Shown here piece by piece: positions 33,701-45,594 of a stretch of DNA of 52,567 bases (position 1 is its first letter; each line of letters starts with the position of its first letter). Position numbers and translations under genes: made by a program. The stretch is from Pelomyxa schiedti (lineage: Eukaryota > Protista > Evosea). The notes below the pieces were generated by a model, which searched no databases, was not told the DNA's origin, and saw only the letters and a list, made by a program, of their open reading frames with translations. The DNA lies in the NCBI GenBank assembly GCA_020536535.1, contig JAHLWZ010000904.1, positions 1 through 52,567 of the forward strand. Reading direction: 5' to 3'.

Positions 33701-35138
33701 CCAAGTGCCAAGGTGAATATGTTCTCTCCGACGATGTGTGCGACAGATTACGGCCTGACAAATCACCCAGATGGTGGGTTGTGGGAACATCTCTCGTTTT
33801 TGTTTTGCTGGTTTTAGTCTCAGTATCCTCCTTGACTGCAGCCATCTTACGTAGACGAAGTAAAATACCTTATTTAGAGACATGGTGGCTGATGTGAACA
33901 GACAGGATTTCCCCAAGTGAACCCCTTGAACTTATCATATCTGATCTGTCACTGAAACTCAAAATTGGAGAAGGAAATGCGGGGATCGTGTTTGAAGCAC
34001 TGTGGGGAGGTATAAGCATGCATCAAACACATTTGAGATGTGTAATCTCCCGTCTTTAAGGTACCACCGTAGTGGCAGCAAAGCAATTCAAAGCAAGTTG
34101 TGATCCCTCTTCACTGTTCCATGAAGCCAAAATGCTCAGTGTCCTGCGGCACCCAAATGTTGAACTTCCACATTTTTTTGTGGCACTCACTCGATTCACA
34201 GATCATAGCATTCTATGGCCTTGCAAAGATAGAGGTAATACTGACAATAGGAGTTGAATCGGTTCTAAACAACTCTAGTCGTACTTTTTGGTTGTCACAG
34301 AACTAGCAGAAGGGTCTGCTGAAAGTTTAATACACTACTGGGGAGATTACGCCTCACTGGACGATTTACTCAAACTGGCCAAAGGAACAGCAGCCGGAAT
34401 GGCATTCCTTGAAAAAAACAAGTACTCGCCAGTACTGCAGAGTATCATTAACGCCACCAAAAGGATAGTTCATGGGGATCTGGCACTGCGGAATGTTCTT
34501 TATAAATGCGAAGGAAATGACATTGTCCCCAAGATATCCGACTTTGAGCGGAGTTCACTCAAGAGTGCCCTGCAGAAACCTATGTCAATTCCTGTGCGAT
34601 GGGCTGCTCTGGAAGTTCTTCTTGGAGGGATTCAGTCCACATCTTCAGATGTTTGGTCGTTCGGAGTGGTTCTCTTTTCTCACGAAAATTACTTTATTCT
34701 GATCTTCGCTCAGCTCCTTTGGGAACTTTTTTCGCCCGACACAGAGCCTTATTGTGATGTACCCATAACTGAAGTCATTCCCTTTCTACAGTCAAATCGA
34801 AACCTCAGCAAGCCCACTCGATGCCCAGAGGACTTATATCAGATAATGCTCCTTTGTTGGGCCAGAAATTCTTCTTGCCGTCCTCGGTTCCTGAGTCTAT
34901 TTTCCAAAATCTGGTAATGTGATTCCAATACCCACCTTATTGCACTTTCACCAATACCAAATTCAGCGAAGTCTCTCAGTTGCCTGAGGTTGTATCCCAC
35001 TCACACAGAGATGTGCGTTCCGTGCCTCGGTTCACACACAGACCACAGACCATCCACGTCCCACGAAGCACAGGCCCCATTGACAGTTCTGTTGTCATAA
35101 CCCCCGAGTATGTGGATTCTGCTGGAGTTGCCCTGTAG
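30793..35138 (+). CDS. Single-pass receptor kinase: signal peptide, two PstS-like periplasmic-binding domains, TM helix, tyrosine-kinase-type domain
   Basis: Signal peptide MKDLRFWFILSCFCSSIFLAQG. PstS-like 1 'VKLSRNALISIITGRVSLWGDPLIVATNPNL..ITVVW'; PstS-like 2 'YNIPEL..LVLSRDVITKIFFGNITMWNDTEI..PAEPIIVIF'. TM WWVVGTSLVFVLLVLVSVSSLTAAIL-RRR. Kinase IGEGNAG, VAAK, HGDLALRN, KISDFE, IPVRWAALE, SDVWSFG. Confidence 0.85.
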
Positions 35139-35257
35139 ACATCTTGTACTGGAGTCATACCGTATCCATTACCCCTATCAAATATTGTGTATTATTTGCT
35201 GAAGAAAAAAATGTGGAATTTTTTTTGGAATCTAAGGCTGTGGGGGGTTTTGGGATG

Positions 35258-37768
35258 CTAATAGAGAGGCCAAATTTGGTGGTACAAGGGTTCACATAGA
35301 GGACAACTAAGGGCCTGTGTGTCCGTCTGCAGTGCAGTCAGAAAGCGGAAATAGCACAACTGCATACCTCACAGGTGCAGGCCCTTTCGTGCTGAAGACC
35401 AAACTTCTTGATTTGCTGTGCCTGGGGTAGGCTAGCTTGTATGGCCAGTACTTGTTTTTTAACTAGTGAGCACAGCTCTGAATTGGAAGGTACTTTAGTA
35501 TCTTGTGCGGCACTGTTCATCAACTTAGCAGCCACCCTTTTGTTCGGAACAATAATGGCAGCTGAATTTTAGTAAATTACAATTGGGTCAGTAGGAGAGG
35601 GAGCACACAGATGAAATTCCGGGAACTTCCAAGTACAGTGATGTTCTCCACTATGTCCAATGTACTGAACCTTGATGTTATAAATGTAAAAGGGATGCGG
35701 TCTCCATGTGAAGTGAGAAAGGTCTTATGCTCCCTATAGTCAAATGCCCCAGGAAGTGTGCAGGACAAGTTTCTGTTTCCACAATTTTTGAGATTGGAGT
35801 CTGATTCTATGCCACCACAGCAAGCTGTTGACACTGCCTTTTGGCACTCATTTGACTTGTCATCCTTGAAGTAACCAGAGAATACATTGGGACCGTGCAC
35901 CACCATAACAGCGGCAGATGTCGCATTTGTAGGGATTTCAGACGATGTCGTTGTGTTAGAGTGCGCTGGATCGGATTCCATGGAATTTGGCCCATTCCAC
36001 TCACAAACTTTTACGTCAGTATGAATTGGACCTAAAGGCTTTCCTTCAAATGAGGCAAGAAACGCTCCACAAACTTCCGGAAATCCTAGTAAAAGTTAAC
36101 ATAACTCACTGCCCGGTTGACCTACCTTTAATTTCATAAATTGCAAGACCTGCATTGGTGAAGGTGCCCTTTGTGACAGGAGATACAGTACCATTGAAAC
36201 AAGCAGCATATCTCACCAATTCCAGTCCACGATTGGATAGAAAATGGTTTTTTGGTTCGCTACCCTTTTAAAAACTTTAGTGCATAAATTAGTGGCTACA
36301 GGGGACCTTTCGGTGCAATTTTGATCTCAGTGACTTTCTAGAGGTAGTAGAGTCATCTATTATTTTTTCTGCGTAGAGCTGCCGCATTTCTTTGAAAGTT
36401 GCTGGAAGTACTAATTTATCCCATAGACGCCGTGTGGTAACAAACACAGTTGGACGAGCTCTCTTCAAAGAAGAAAAAAAAAGCTGCCACTCGAGTGCCG
36501 ACTTCCCAAACTTTAAAAGGCCAGTTATGTATTGTTCTCGATTGGTTTTAGGAAGGAAATTACCAATTTATAGGGCATCATTGTCACAGTAGATGCTGAC
36601 ACAATTGGGACGAAGTGCGACATAATCTAAGTCATTGGTTTTAATTTCTAACTGTATTCTGAAACCTACCTGCTCTTCTATGCAAGACAAAGGGTAAATA
36701 CATGCAATGGAGTCGCTGCCTGTAAGTTTTAGCAGGGACCGCGCCACTACAGATTGCCATAAAAGTGTAGAATGTTTGAAGCAGAGGCCTTTCACAAGTC
36801 CATCTACCCAGTTCACATATGACACTTGGCACACTTCGTCTGCGCACAAGGTGCTACGGATTTGAAGAACTTTTTCGACAGGAGTCTGAATAGGGAATCA
36901 CAGTTGAATTTGAGGTGAATCAAAGGAGAGCATCATACTTGAAATGCGGCAGCTAGAAAGTCCCTCCAAGAGGAATCTGGTGATGAAGAAAAATTCAATA
37001 GGAAGTCAAAAGCTGCAGCACTTTCGCTCAGTTTATGGCGCTTTTTCTGTGAAGTATTTCCTCTTTGCATGTCTATCCGAGGAACAGTAACAACAGTGCA
37101 CGACTTTTTGAGACCCAGTTCTGATATAGCAGCATTGACCACACTGACTGAAGAGGAATCTGAAAATATAACAGCCGGGGAACACTGCGAAATGCAGTAC
37201 AGCAGTTGATCCAATGAACAGTCTGTACTCAATACAACAGCCAATCCTGTTTTCCTTGATCAAAAAAACAGATTTAAAGGGGCTACAAACTGTGAACGGT
37301 CAAAGCAGCCATATGGAGAATGCACCACAGAGGAGAACTTGCCATGCATAGCTGTATAGAGTGGTTGTTGTTAAATTGCGCACGGTGAGGTTTTATGCAG
37401 ACATACCATCACAGGGGCAGTGCCATCAGGCAACGACATCAAGGAGCACGCAGCCAACAGACTGGCGTTGTAGTACTCACCCCACGTAATACCATCCAGA
37501 TCCACAGCATCCGAACCATGATCTACAACCCCAACACCGTTCCTCTTCTCTTTCCTCCTTGTGTATACCCACCTTCACACGCGACATTAGTCTTCACAGC
37601 AAACGCGTTTTATTTACAGTTCTGCCAATCTTGCCGTTTGACACAACGGCAGGGCATCACTGAAAAAAAAAAGGGGAAAGAAAGGGACCGAATTGCAAGA
37701 TCGTCAGTGTGTTTGGAGGCTGTTCGCAGGAGACCAACGGGCCACGGCACCAGTTCTTCCTCGAGCAT
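35258..37768 (-). CDS. Divergent long-chain acyl-CoA synthetase-like (AMP-binding fold) protein
   Basis: ITWGEYYNASL, QLLYCISQCSPAVIF, IYPLSCIEEQ (cf. LPLSHxxEQ), RPTVFV..RLWDKL, HGPNVFSGYFKD, TSHGDRIP. Both ends are approximate. Confidence 0.7.
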
Positions 37769-37886
37769 TCGTAATTGTGGGAATCGTGAAAGATTGTGAT
37801 TCTTTTGGCTTAGTGCAAAGGTGGAATGACTCAAAATAAGTGACTCAAAAATATGGCTGAGCAGATAACAGAGTGCAGTGCCGTTG

Positions 37887-40800
37887 TCAGTTAAGAGTCC
37901 CACGGCATTTCAGGGAACCACAGAAACAGGGCACTTTCTCTTCTTCAGGATTGAACTTGTAGTCGTAAGTTATCTCCTTTTTGTTGTGGAAAAGTCGTTA
38001 ATGTTGTTTTTGCAAAGACTGTGAAATGAGTAGTACCTCTCCAACATCTATTGGGTATTTGGCGTAAATGACAATCTTTTTTGTCCCTTCAAACGGGATA
38101 ATTTTTGCATAGCAGTTAGGCTGAAGGGGTCTTAGTTTTTTTTTAAAAAAAAGGTTGATACTGGTACATACACTGCAACTGTGATTTATGAAGCGTGCTA
38201 AATTTCCTTTCCAGGTGGCATCAATGATGACTTCGTCATCAATCCTGAACATATAGCTGCTGCCACCCAATCCGGCTCGATTGTTCCGTTGTTCACGCGT
38301 ATCAGCCGTCTTCTGGCGAATGATTTCGCCTATGTATTCAATTACCAAATCCTCTTTTTCAATAGGTTCCATTGTGAAGAGTCCCCACTCATGTATTTTT
38401 GACCGGGCAAACTTTAACCTTTGTGAAGGATCAGTGGAATAGTGGAGGTATGGAGTACTTTTTCTTTCGCGAAGCTAATTGATCAGATTGGAAGTTTTCG
38501 TTCCTGCAATCACGTCGTTGATTCCTTGCACTGTTCCCGAAGTTACCTTGTAAAAGTCTATGAGAGATTCCTGGAAAGTGACAAGTGACATACAGATAGG
38601 AGGTTTATGACTGCATGAAGTAACTGTAGCTGGCCCTACTGCTAGTGCATTGGCCGTAGTTCTTGCGTGTTTGACAGCTGGTGGAAGCTTAATATAAGGT
38701 TCTGTGCGAGCACATCCAGATGGATTATGGGGTTGCCATTGAGGTGGTGTGTCAAAGAGTTCTGGGAGTTCATATGGAAGGCACAGTTCCATACTAGCCA
38801 AATGTAGGTATGCAGTATCTTCGTCATCAAATCCAGCAATACTAGAGAAATGCTCAGGAAAAATACCAAGACCCCTGGTCCTTACATCTTGTCTTTTGTA
38901 AAGTCCACCACTGGCGGAATGGCAGGACAATACTCAGGTGCAGGTTCTTCAGCCAGCTCATTTGCCTGGTTAGACTCGAGGCTAGCTTCGGGTATAAGCG
39001 GGCTTGCTGATGGTGAGCTGAGTATTTCCGTTGCATATTCTTCTGGGGATGGAGGCTCATCTGATTGAGGGCTGACTTCTGACGATGATTACAATTAGTG
39101 GGGAGTGGAAAGTTTACTTGCCTGGTCTTGAGTCCTTGATGTTGGTTAGGTGGTAAATAAGGTGCATTGCAAACCTCAAGATCTGAAGGTGTCATTGCCT
39201 CTGCTTCCTCCACTTCATCACCCTGCTTCTGCATAACATGGTTAAGTAAGTTAGAAACCAAAAATAAGCCACCTCAGACTCGGAATATGCTTCTCCGTTG
39301 GAATCAGAATCATGTGATGACGGAGAAGATGGTGAAGGGGGTGATGCAGAACGTTGCTGACGTCTGCGGTGTGGGGTGTGGTGACGTGTTGGATGAGTTG
39401 AGAGTAACGGAAAATCATTTTTTGGGGACTGATCATCTCCTATTGCGGGTTGATCATCACCTAGTGCCATGGAGCTATCTGGCTTTTTCTTCAATCTAGG
39501 GAAAAAGAATGAAAATAATTCCAAGAGGAGAAAGTAAACTTTAAAATTGTCCTCTTGCAAGCTGGTCGGGGGATAAGTTCATCATTTGTTGGTATTGCTG
39601 TAACCTTGGCGAATAAGTAGGAGAAATGACTTTACAAATGCACCACTTTTTCACTTTGTGAAGACGTTTGTGCTATGAGCGAAGTTGATGAAGCATTTGC
39701 AAGTGCTGACGATATACAGCCAGTCATCGTTGAGAACAAACATGCTTCTACAATATTTCGTTTACAGTCAGCCAAGGCTACATTGGAAAGCTCTGCAATA
39801 AGTAGGTTGTAGGCACACTCAAGGCATACATCCTCATCATTAAAATCAAGTATCTTATGCCCCTTAATTATTGTTCGAAAGGAGGAACATGTAAACCTTC
39901 TTTGGAAGAGAATTTGAGGTTGGAGGTGCCGGTTCCTGATGCGTCTCCTAATTAATTTTATTGACCAAAAAGGGGAGGAAAAAAGAATTTACCTTATGGG
40001 GGATACATAAAGGTTGGGCAACAGGTGGATTACTAGTCAATGGTATTTCTTTGGCCTCTGGTACTTGCGAGTCCATGATCTCCGTCATTTTTGCTACAGC
40101 CTTTTTCATAAGCATCCCTGTTGTATCAGTTGGCAGAGAAAAAAAAGATAAAAAGGATACCTGTGGGGTCTGCTTGCACGGAAATAGGTATAGAATTATT
40201 GATTTTCATAGTAGGATTTTGTAACACATGTACTGCAGAAAGATTTGAAGAGTATTTGACTTGCCCGATACCCATATGAGCCTGTGATATGTGAGCTGAT
40301 GAATGAGGTGATTAGATACTTTTGTGCGTGGGTGATAGGACACAAAAGCTAACTCTAACTCCCCATAAAGGGCAAAGTGGGTTTTGAGTAGAACGGAGTC
40401 AACTGTCGCAGGAATATTAGATATGAACAAGAGCTTTGAATCTTCTTGGAGTGGGCTATTGGTTGATAAAGGAGGAGAGGAATTTGCTGCCTCTGCATCG
40501 GCAGATAATGAAGTCTCTTTTTCTGGGGATTGTTGCTTTATGGGAGGTTGTGGTGGAAGTGTTGTTGGAGGAGGTGAAGAAGAGTGAGCCTGTGGCTGTA
40601 TCAGTTGAGAAGGTACTGATGTTGGAGGCGAAACAGTATTGGCATCTACCTTTAGTAAAGTAAATAATATTTTCAAATGTGATACTAATGTACAATGAAG
40701 TTGGGCACAATGTAGCTGTTCCAGTGGAATGGTTTTGTAGCAGTCGTAGGATCCCGGGGATCCATAGACACAATGGGCTTGTCACCCTACCAGGAAGAGA

Positions 40801-42932
40801 TTATTGAACGATAGTTGCCTTTTATACACACAGCAGTAAAAACGCCATTGACTCGGTATCGCCTCACATTGCCATCAATAAAAAGTTTCCAGTTGTTCAT
40901 CCCCTAGTAGAATGAGTATGTGGTAATCACACCTTGTTTGGACCTTGATGGGAACAGTAGTTTGGTCAGAAGTTCGATGCATTTTTGGTAGGGGCAAAGG
41001 TTGAAATCCACAACGTTTCACATGATAAGGGGACTTGGAGTTAGAGCTAAATTCAATAGAGGTGAGGGCATGATATTATCTTCTAGAGAGTTAAAAAAAA
41101 ACCTGGTCCTATCACGTAGTGCAGAACCTTGTTAGAACGGAATTAGATCTTTTACAGGAGGGAAAAAGTCAATACCTCTATCATCATTGATTTCCTCATC
41201 GTGCTGTGCTTGAGAGTAGGGAATGAAACCTTAAGTAGGACACGGAATTCCAGGTTTGAAATTACCTGTCAAAAAAGGATTTTCTGTGGTTGACCCAGGT
41301 TGAGCTGGAAGCTCATCAGCCCAAAGTTTGTCCTGTGACACCCCAGCATTACGAGAAGGTGCCTGCGGTGCAGAGTAAATCTATGAAGCTCACATTCAAC
41401 TATACCTTGGGATGAGATTTTGTCATATCCGTGACATTAGACATTGCTGACACACGTGAATTTACTTGAGGTCTTTGATAGTTGTCTCCATTACCACTCA
41501 GTTGTATCACAGTAATATGTTTATTGCTGGAACGACTTCGGCTATTTCTCTGTACATCAGTGGTCTCCTCTTTGATATCAGTATGTCTTTCTTCACTCAC
41601 TTTTCTATCTGCATAATTTCTTTTGCCTCCATTTCTGTCCCATTCTGCATCTCTTACTCGAGTGTCTGGGTGTGTTTTTACATCTCTTTCCCTCTCAATT
41701 GCTCTTGCCTGATCTCTATTTTGGCCTATATCTTGGTCTCTATCATTATCATTTTCCATGTCTTTTTCCCTTTTCCTGTCATGATCTCTTCCCTTTTCCC
41801 TGTCCTTGTCCCTTTCCCTTTCTCTTTCCTTTTCCTTTTCTCGATCCTTTTCTTTTTCCTTCTCTCTTTCTCTTTCTCTTTCTCGTTCTCTGTCCCTTTC
41901 TCTTTCTCTTTCTCTGTCTCTTTCCCTGTCCTTGTCCCTTTCCCTTTCCTTTTCTTTTTCTTTTTCTCTTTCTCTTTCTTTTTCTCTTTCCCTTTCTCTT
42001 TCTTTTTCTTTTTCCCGTTCCCTTTCTCGGTCTCTTTCCCGTTCCCGTTCCCTTTCTTGGTCTCTTTCCCTATTCTTGTCCCTCTCTCTTTCCCTACTTT
42101 CTCTGGCAAAGTACCTCTCCCTGTCATTATCTCTGTCTCTGTCACTGTCCCTGTATCTGGCCCTACTATCACCATCCCTGTCCCTGCTGTCGCGATATCT
42201 ATACCTGTCCGCATCCTTGTCCCCCCTATCCCTTTCCCTGCTGTCACCGTACTTGTCCCTTTCTCTATACACGTCCCTGTCTCTCTCGTTATAGTGGCCG
42301 CCCTGGTGCCTGCCGTCCGCGCCCGGGTACCTCCTCTCCCGCCGCTGCCTCTCCCTGTACCAGTCCACGTACCCCCACCCCGCCATCTCCCCCACCGCGT
42401 CCTGGTACGGCGGGTACTGCCCGCCGTCGCGCCCGTCATACGGGAACAAGTACTCGAAGGTGTCCTCATGCCCAGGGGGGTAGTCCCGCAAGTCCTCCCT
42501 CTCCCGCCCCCTGTCCGCTCCGCTGCTCGCCGTTTTGCTGGCAAAATGGCTGCCGCTGCTGCTGCCGCTGCCGCTGCCGCCGCCGCTTGGCTTGGTCTTG
42601 GCATCGTCGGTCGCGCTGGTGCGCAGGGGGGGCTGCTTGTGGCGGTCCGATTCGTCCGGCTGGATCTCCCCCGCCTCCATGCCGGCGTCCGGCCCAACCT
42701 TGGGGCCCGCCTCCTTCTCCGCTGCCTTCGAAGGGGGCTCGGGCTGCGCCTTCTCGCCACTGCCCGCGCGCGCGGCAGCGCCGCTCCCCTCGCCTCGTGT
42801 GCTCGCGGGGGGCTGTGCCGCCGCCTCGCCCCCTCCCCCGCCGCCACCGCTTGTGTTGGTGGCGCCTCCACCGTCCTCCATAAGCTCGCCTTCCTCCACC
42901 TCGGTGCTGCCTGGCACAGACGTAGACGTCAT
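37887..42932 (-). CDS. SET1: Histone H3K4 methyltransferase Set1/SETD1
   Basis: RRM ([21 protein letters not shown]); Win-like SGCARTEPY; [43 protein letters not shown]|[15 protein letters not shown]; post-[16 protein letters not shown]. Confidence 0.95.
41700..42290 (-). repeat. Coding purine-rich low-complexity repeat (RE/RD/KE dipeptides) in the Set1 N-terminus
   Basis: A (CT)-rich + strand encodes [15 protein letters not shown]... on the - strand. Confidence 0.9.
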
Positions 42933-43177
42933 TGTCGAGGCCCACGCGTACTGCCCGTGTCACTCGCAATCAGGATCAGAGAATTGATTTTTTTTTGATG
43001 TCGACACAGACTGGCGAAGGAAAAAGGTGAAAGGCAAAAAAAGTACAAGCTTGTCTATTGTTGTTGGCGTCGAAGCCTTGTTGTGGGGAGTATAATCACA
43101 AGGGTGGCAACATGTGCCAATCTAAACTTGTGGGAGCGTGCGTAGTTCCTGGTGTCAGGCACAGCAGTTCTATCGTG

Positions 43178-44057
43178 CTATCTTCTCCCGGCCTTTTGCT
43201 GCTCCAGCCTCTTCTGTGCCAGCTCCTTCTCCCTCTGGACGTGGATTTCCAGCACCATATCATGCACCTGCTTCTGCACGACGAGCGCCTCGTCGAGCCA
43301 CACGTCCACCGCGCTGAACTTCCTCTTGAGGTCCTCGAAGCGCTCGCGGGCCGCCTGCACGCGCTGGGACACGCCGTTGACGTGCGGCACCGCGGCGCTC
43401 CGGAACGCCAGCACGGCGTGCGTGTGCGCCTGGAAGTTGTGGTTCGCGCGGACGCACACAGACTCGGTCAGCCGTATGCGGAGGCCGATCACGTCCTGGC
43501 GCTCCGCGGCCTTCTCGGCGTTGGTCTTGAGGAACTCCTGGCACAGGCCGCATATCAGGTGCATAGGGGCCACGTCCAAAAGCTCTTTGTACCTCTGTGT
43601 AGAATTTGTTGTTAGCAAAAAAATAAGCACTGCCAGCCACACTTTTTTTTTTTTTATTGTTGTATGTTGTAGTAGTTAGGGGACTGGAGAATCCCGAAAT
43701 GCTTACTTTGTTGTAGGTCAGTTTCAGGGGCTGGGTTACGTGTACAGCGCTGAGAACTGTCATCTCGGGGTCAGTGGGGGCGCTGCGGTCGGGCCCCGGC
43801 ACGACGGTTACGATGCGCGAGAGCAGCCCCGCGGCGAAGTCCTCTACGCCGCGCACCCTCTCCACGGAGTATTTGGTGTACAGCACGGCATTGGCGCCTC
43901 CTCCGCCCCCAACTATGGTGCCCCCGATGCTTTGTGTGGCGGGCGAGGTGGCCGCGCCTGAATTGTGGGAGGGAGAAGCGTCGCTGGGCTTGGTAGTGCC
44001 AGACGCCGGAGTGGCAGCGGCTGTTGGCTTTGCTGGAGAACCCTGCCCTTGACCCAT
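43178..44057 (-). CDS. BORCS5: BORCS5/myrlysin-like (BORC subunit 5) myristoylated coiled-coil protein
   Basis: N-terminal MGQGQG; IVTVVPG..TDPEMTVLSAVHVTQPL; LDVAPMHLICGLCQEFLKTNAEKAAERQDVIGLRI matches the remembered BORCS5 pattern LDxxxxxxxCxxxQxxLxxxAExxAxxQxxxxxRI. One intron. Confidence 0.7.
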
Positions 44058-44206
44058 CAATCACCGAAACTTTTTCGTTTTTTTCCCGAAGAGGATTGAG
44101 GTGCCTGCCAGGAGTCCTCCCTCAGCCCCATCGTCGTCATGCCGTAAGGAAGAGTTGGGAAGCACAGTGAGTTTGTGATTCTGTCTTTTTTTTTTTTCCT
44201 GCAAAG

Positions 44207-44833
44207 ACGACGAGCAACACATCCGGGGAAAGGCAGTTTAGCACGCCGGGGTGGAGAGTTGTAGCCCACCCTGAGGACGACGAGGAGTCGGAAGACGACG
44301 AAGAAGATGGCGATTCGAGCGAAGAAGGAGGCAGCAGCGGGGAGGACACGTCGGACGAGGCCTTCGCGAGGCACTACGAGGAGGTGTCCGCCAAGTGCGC
44401 GAGGCTGCGGGAGTGCGACGTGGCGCTGAGGGACGAGGCCAGGAGGCTGCAGCAGCTGCACATCCGGCGGCTCAACATACCGCCGGCGACCCCCGTGCTC
44501 GTGTGCCCCGCCACGCCGGCCGCCTCCGCTGCTGCTGCAACCACGGCGTCGCGTTCTTCGGCGTCGTCGCGCTCTGCTGCGGCGGACTCCCTTGGGTCGT
44601 CGGGGGTAAGGGGAAGTAGTGCGCGCGAGGAGGAGGCGACAGGCACAGAGAGGGCGGAATTTGGGGAGGGTGGCGTCAGTTCCCCTGCTGATTACGAGGA
44701 AGGTGACGATATTGTTTGTGTGTACTCGGGCGGACCCGAGGCACTGGAGGAGCGTATACTGCGACAATCTGCAAGAAGAAGTGCCAAGAGAGGCAGAGCA
44801 GGACCACCCACACCAACAGAAAACAACACCTGA
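44207..44833 (+). CDS. Small acidic protein with a PEHE-like motif (start codon unresolved)
   Basis: FSTPGWRVV-(acidic tract)-EDTSDEAFARHYEE resembles the PEHE domain of MSL1/KANSL1. GC-rich, coding-like composition; stop at 44833. Confidence 0.55.
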   Translation, partial: TTSNTSGERQFSTPGWRVVAHPEDDEESEDDEEDGDSSEEGGSSGEDTSDEAFARHYEEVSAKCARLRECDVALRDEARRLQQLHIRRLNIPPATPVLVCPATPAASAAAATTASRSSASSRSAAADSLGSSGVRGSSAREEEATGTERAEFGEGGVSSPADYEEGDDIVCVYSGGPEALEERILRQSARRSAKRGRAGPPTPTENNT

Positions 44834-45278
44834 CCACAAGGCAACCACCAAAAAAAAAAAAACCAGCTATCCCATAATTTATGTTACCAAAAAAACCCGT
44901 TGCTGTTTAGGGAAACAGAGCGACCCAACTTTCGTTCTGTGGGGGGCTCCTGGTGCTCCAATGTGAACGTGTTACTTCGAATATCATCATGCACTGCAAG
45001 ACTAACTGGCCACACCCGACTCTCACTCGGGACCGTGGCTCCCTTCTGCCTCGGTTGCTAACTGGGGTTAGAGGGGTAACCCCACGTTACTCTACTCACC
45101 ACCCCCATGGAATTAATTTTTTTGTTCTGGGTGGTGCTCATTGGTAATAGACAATAAACTCTTGTATTTGTGTTTGGGCTTCTATCTCCCTTACTTCACC
45201 AGTAAAACAACAACCAGCACAAATCACAGTGTGGTGCACTACCCAAACCCAACCTCAGCACACCTGCATAACTGGATC

Positions 45279-45594
45279 ATGGGTGAAGGGGCAAAGGTGT
45301 CAGTGTTTTCCTCTCTGAAGTCTTCACCCAAAAACCCAAGGGGCTCCCACAAGTGGCTCTTGGTCATGTGATCCACAAGAAAATGAAACACAGCAGGACA
45401 GGCACTCAACAAACTCAGTTTGACCACCTCCTGACAAAGACAATTGAAGCACATGACAAGGAGCTGGCCAACATTGATGCAGCACATTCCCAGCTGATTA
45501 CTGTTATGAAACAACAGATTGAAATTCAGCAACAAATGTGTGATCTCTAATTTATTGCACATGTAACTTTTTTCAGCATGGGCATCACCTTGTG
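45279..45594 (+). CDS. Possible small coiled-coil protein or gene fragment
   Basis: MGEGAK|GLPQVALGHVIHKKMK..FDHLLTKTIEAHDKELANIDAAHSQLITVMKQQIEIQQQ with plausible GT-AG introns. No recognisable family. Confidence 0.3.

Noticed and set aside
41466-42998. Long + strand ORFs (510, 403 and 162 aa) rich in F/S/L/P
   Set aside because: Antisense shadows of the Set1 RE/KE repeat; pyrimidine-rich repeats lack stop codons.
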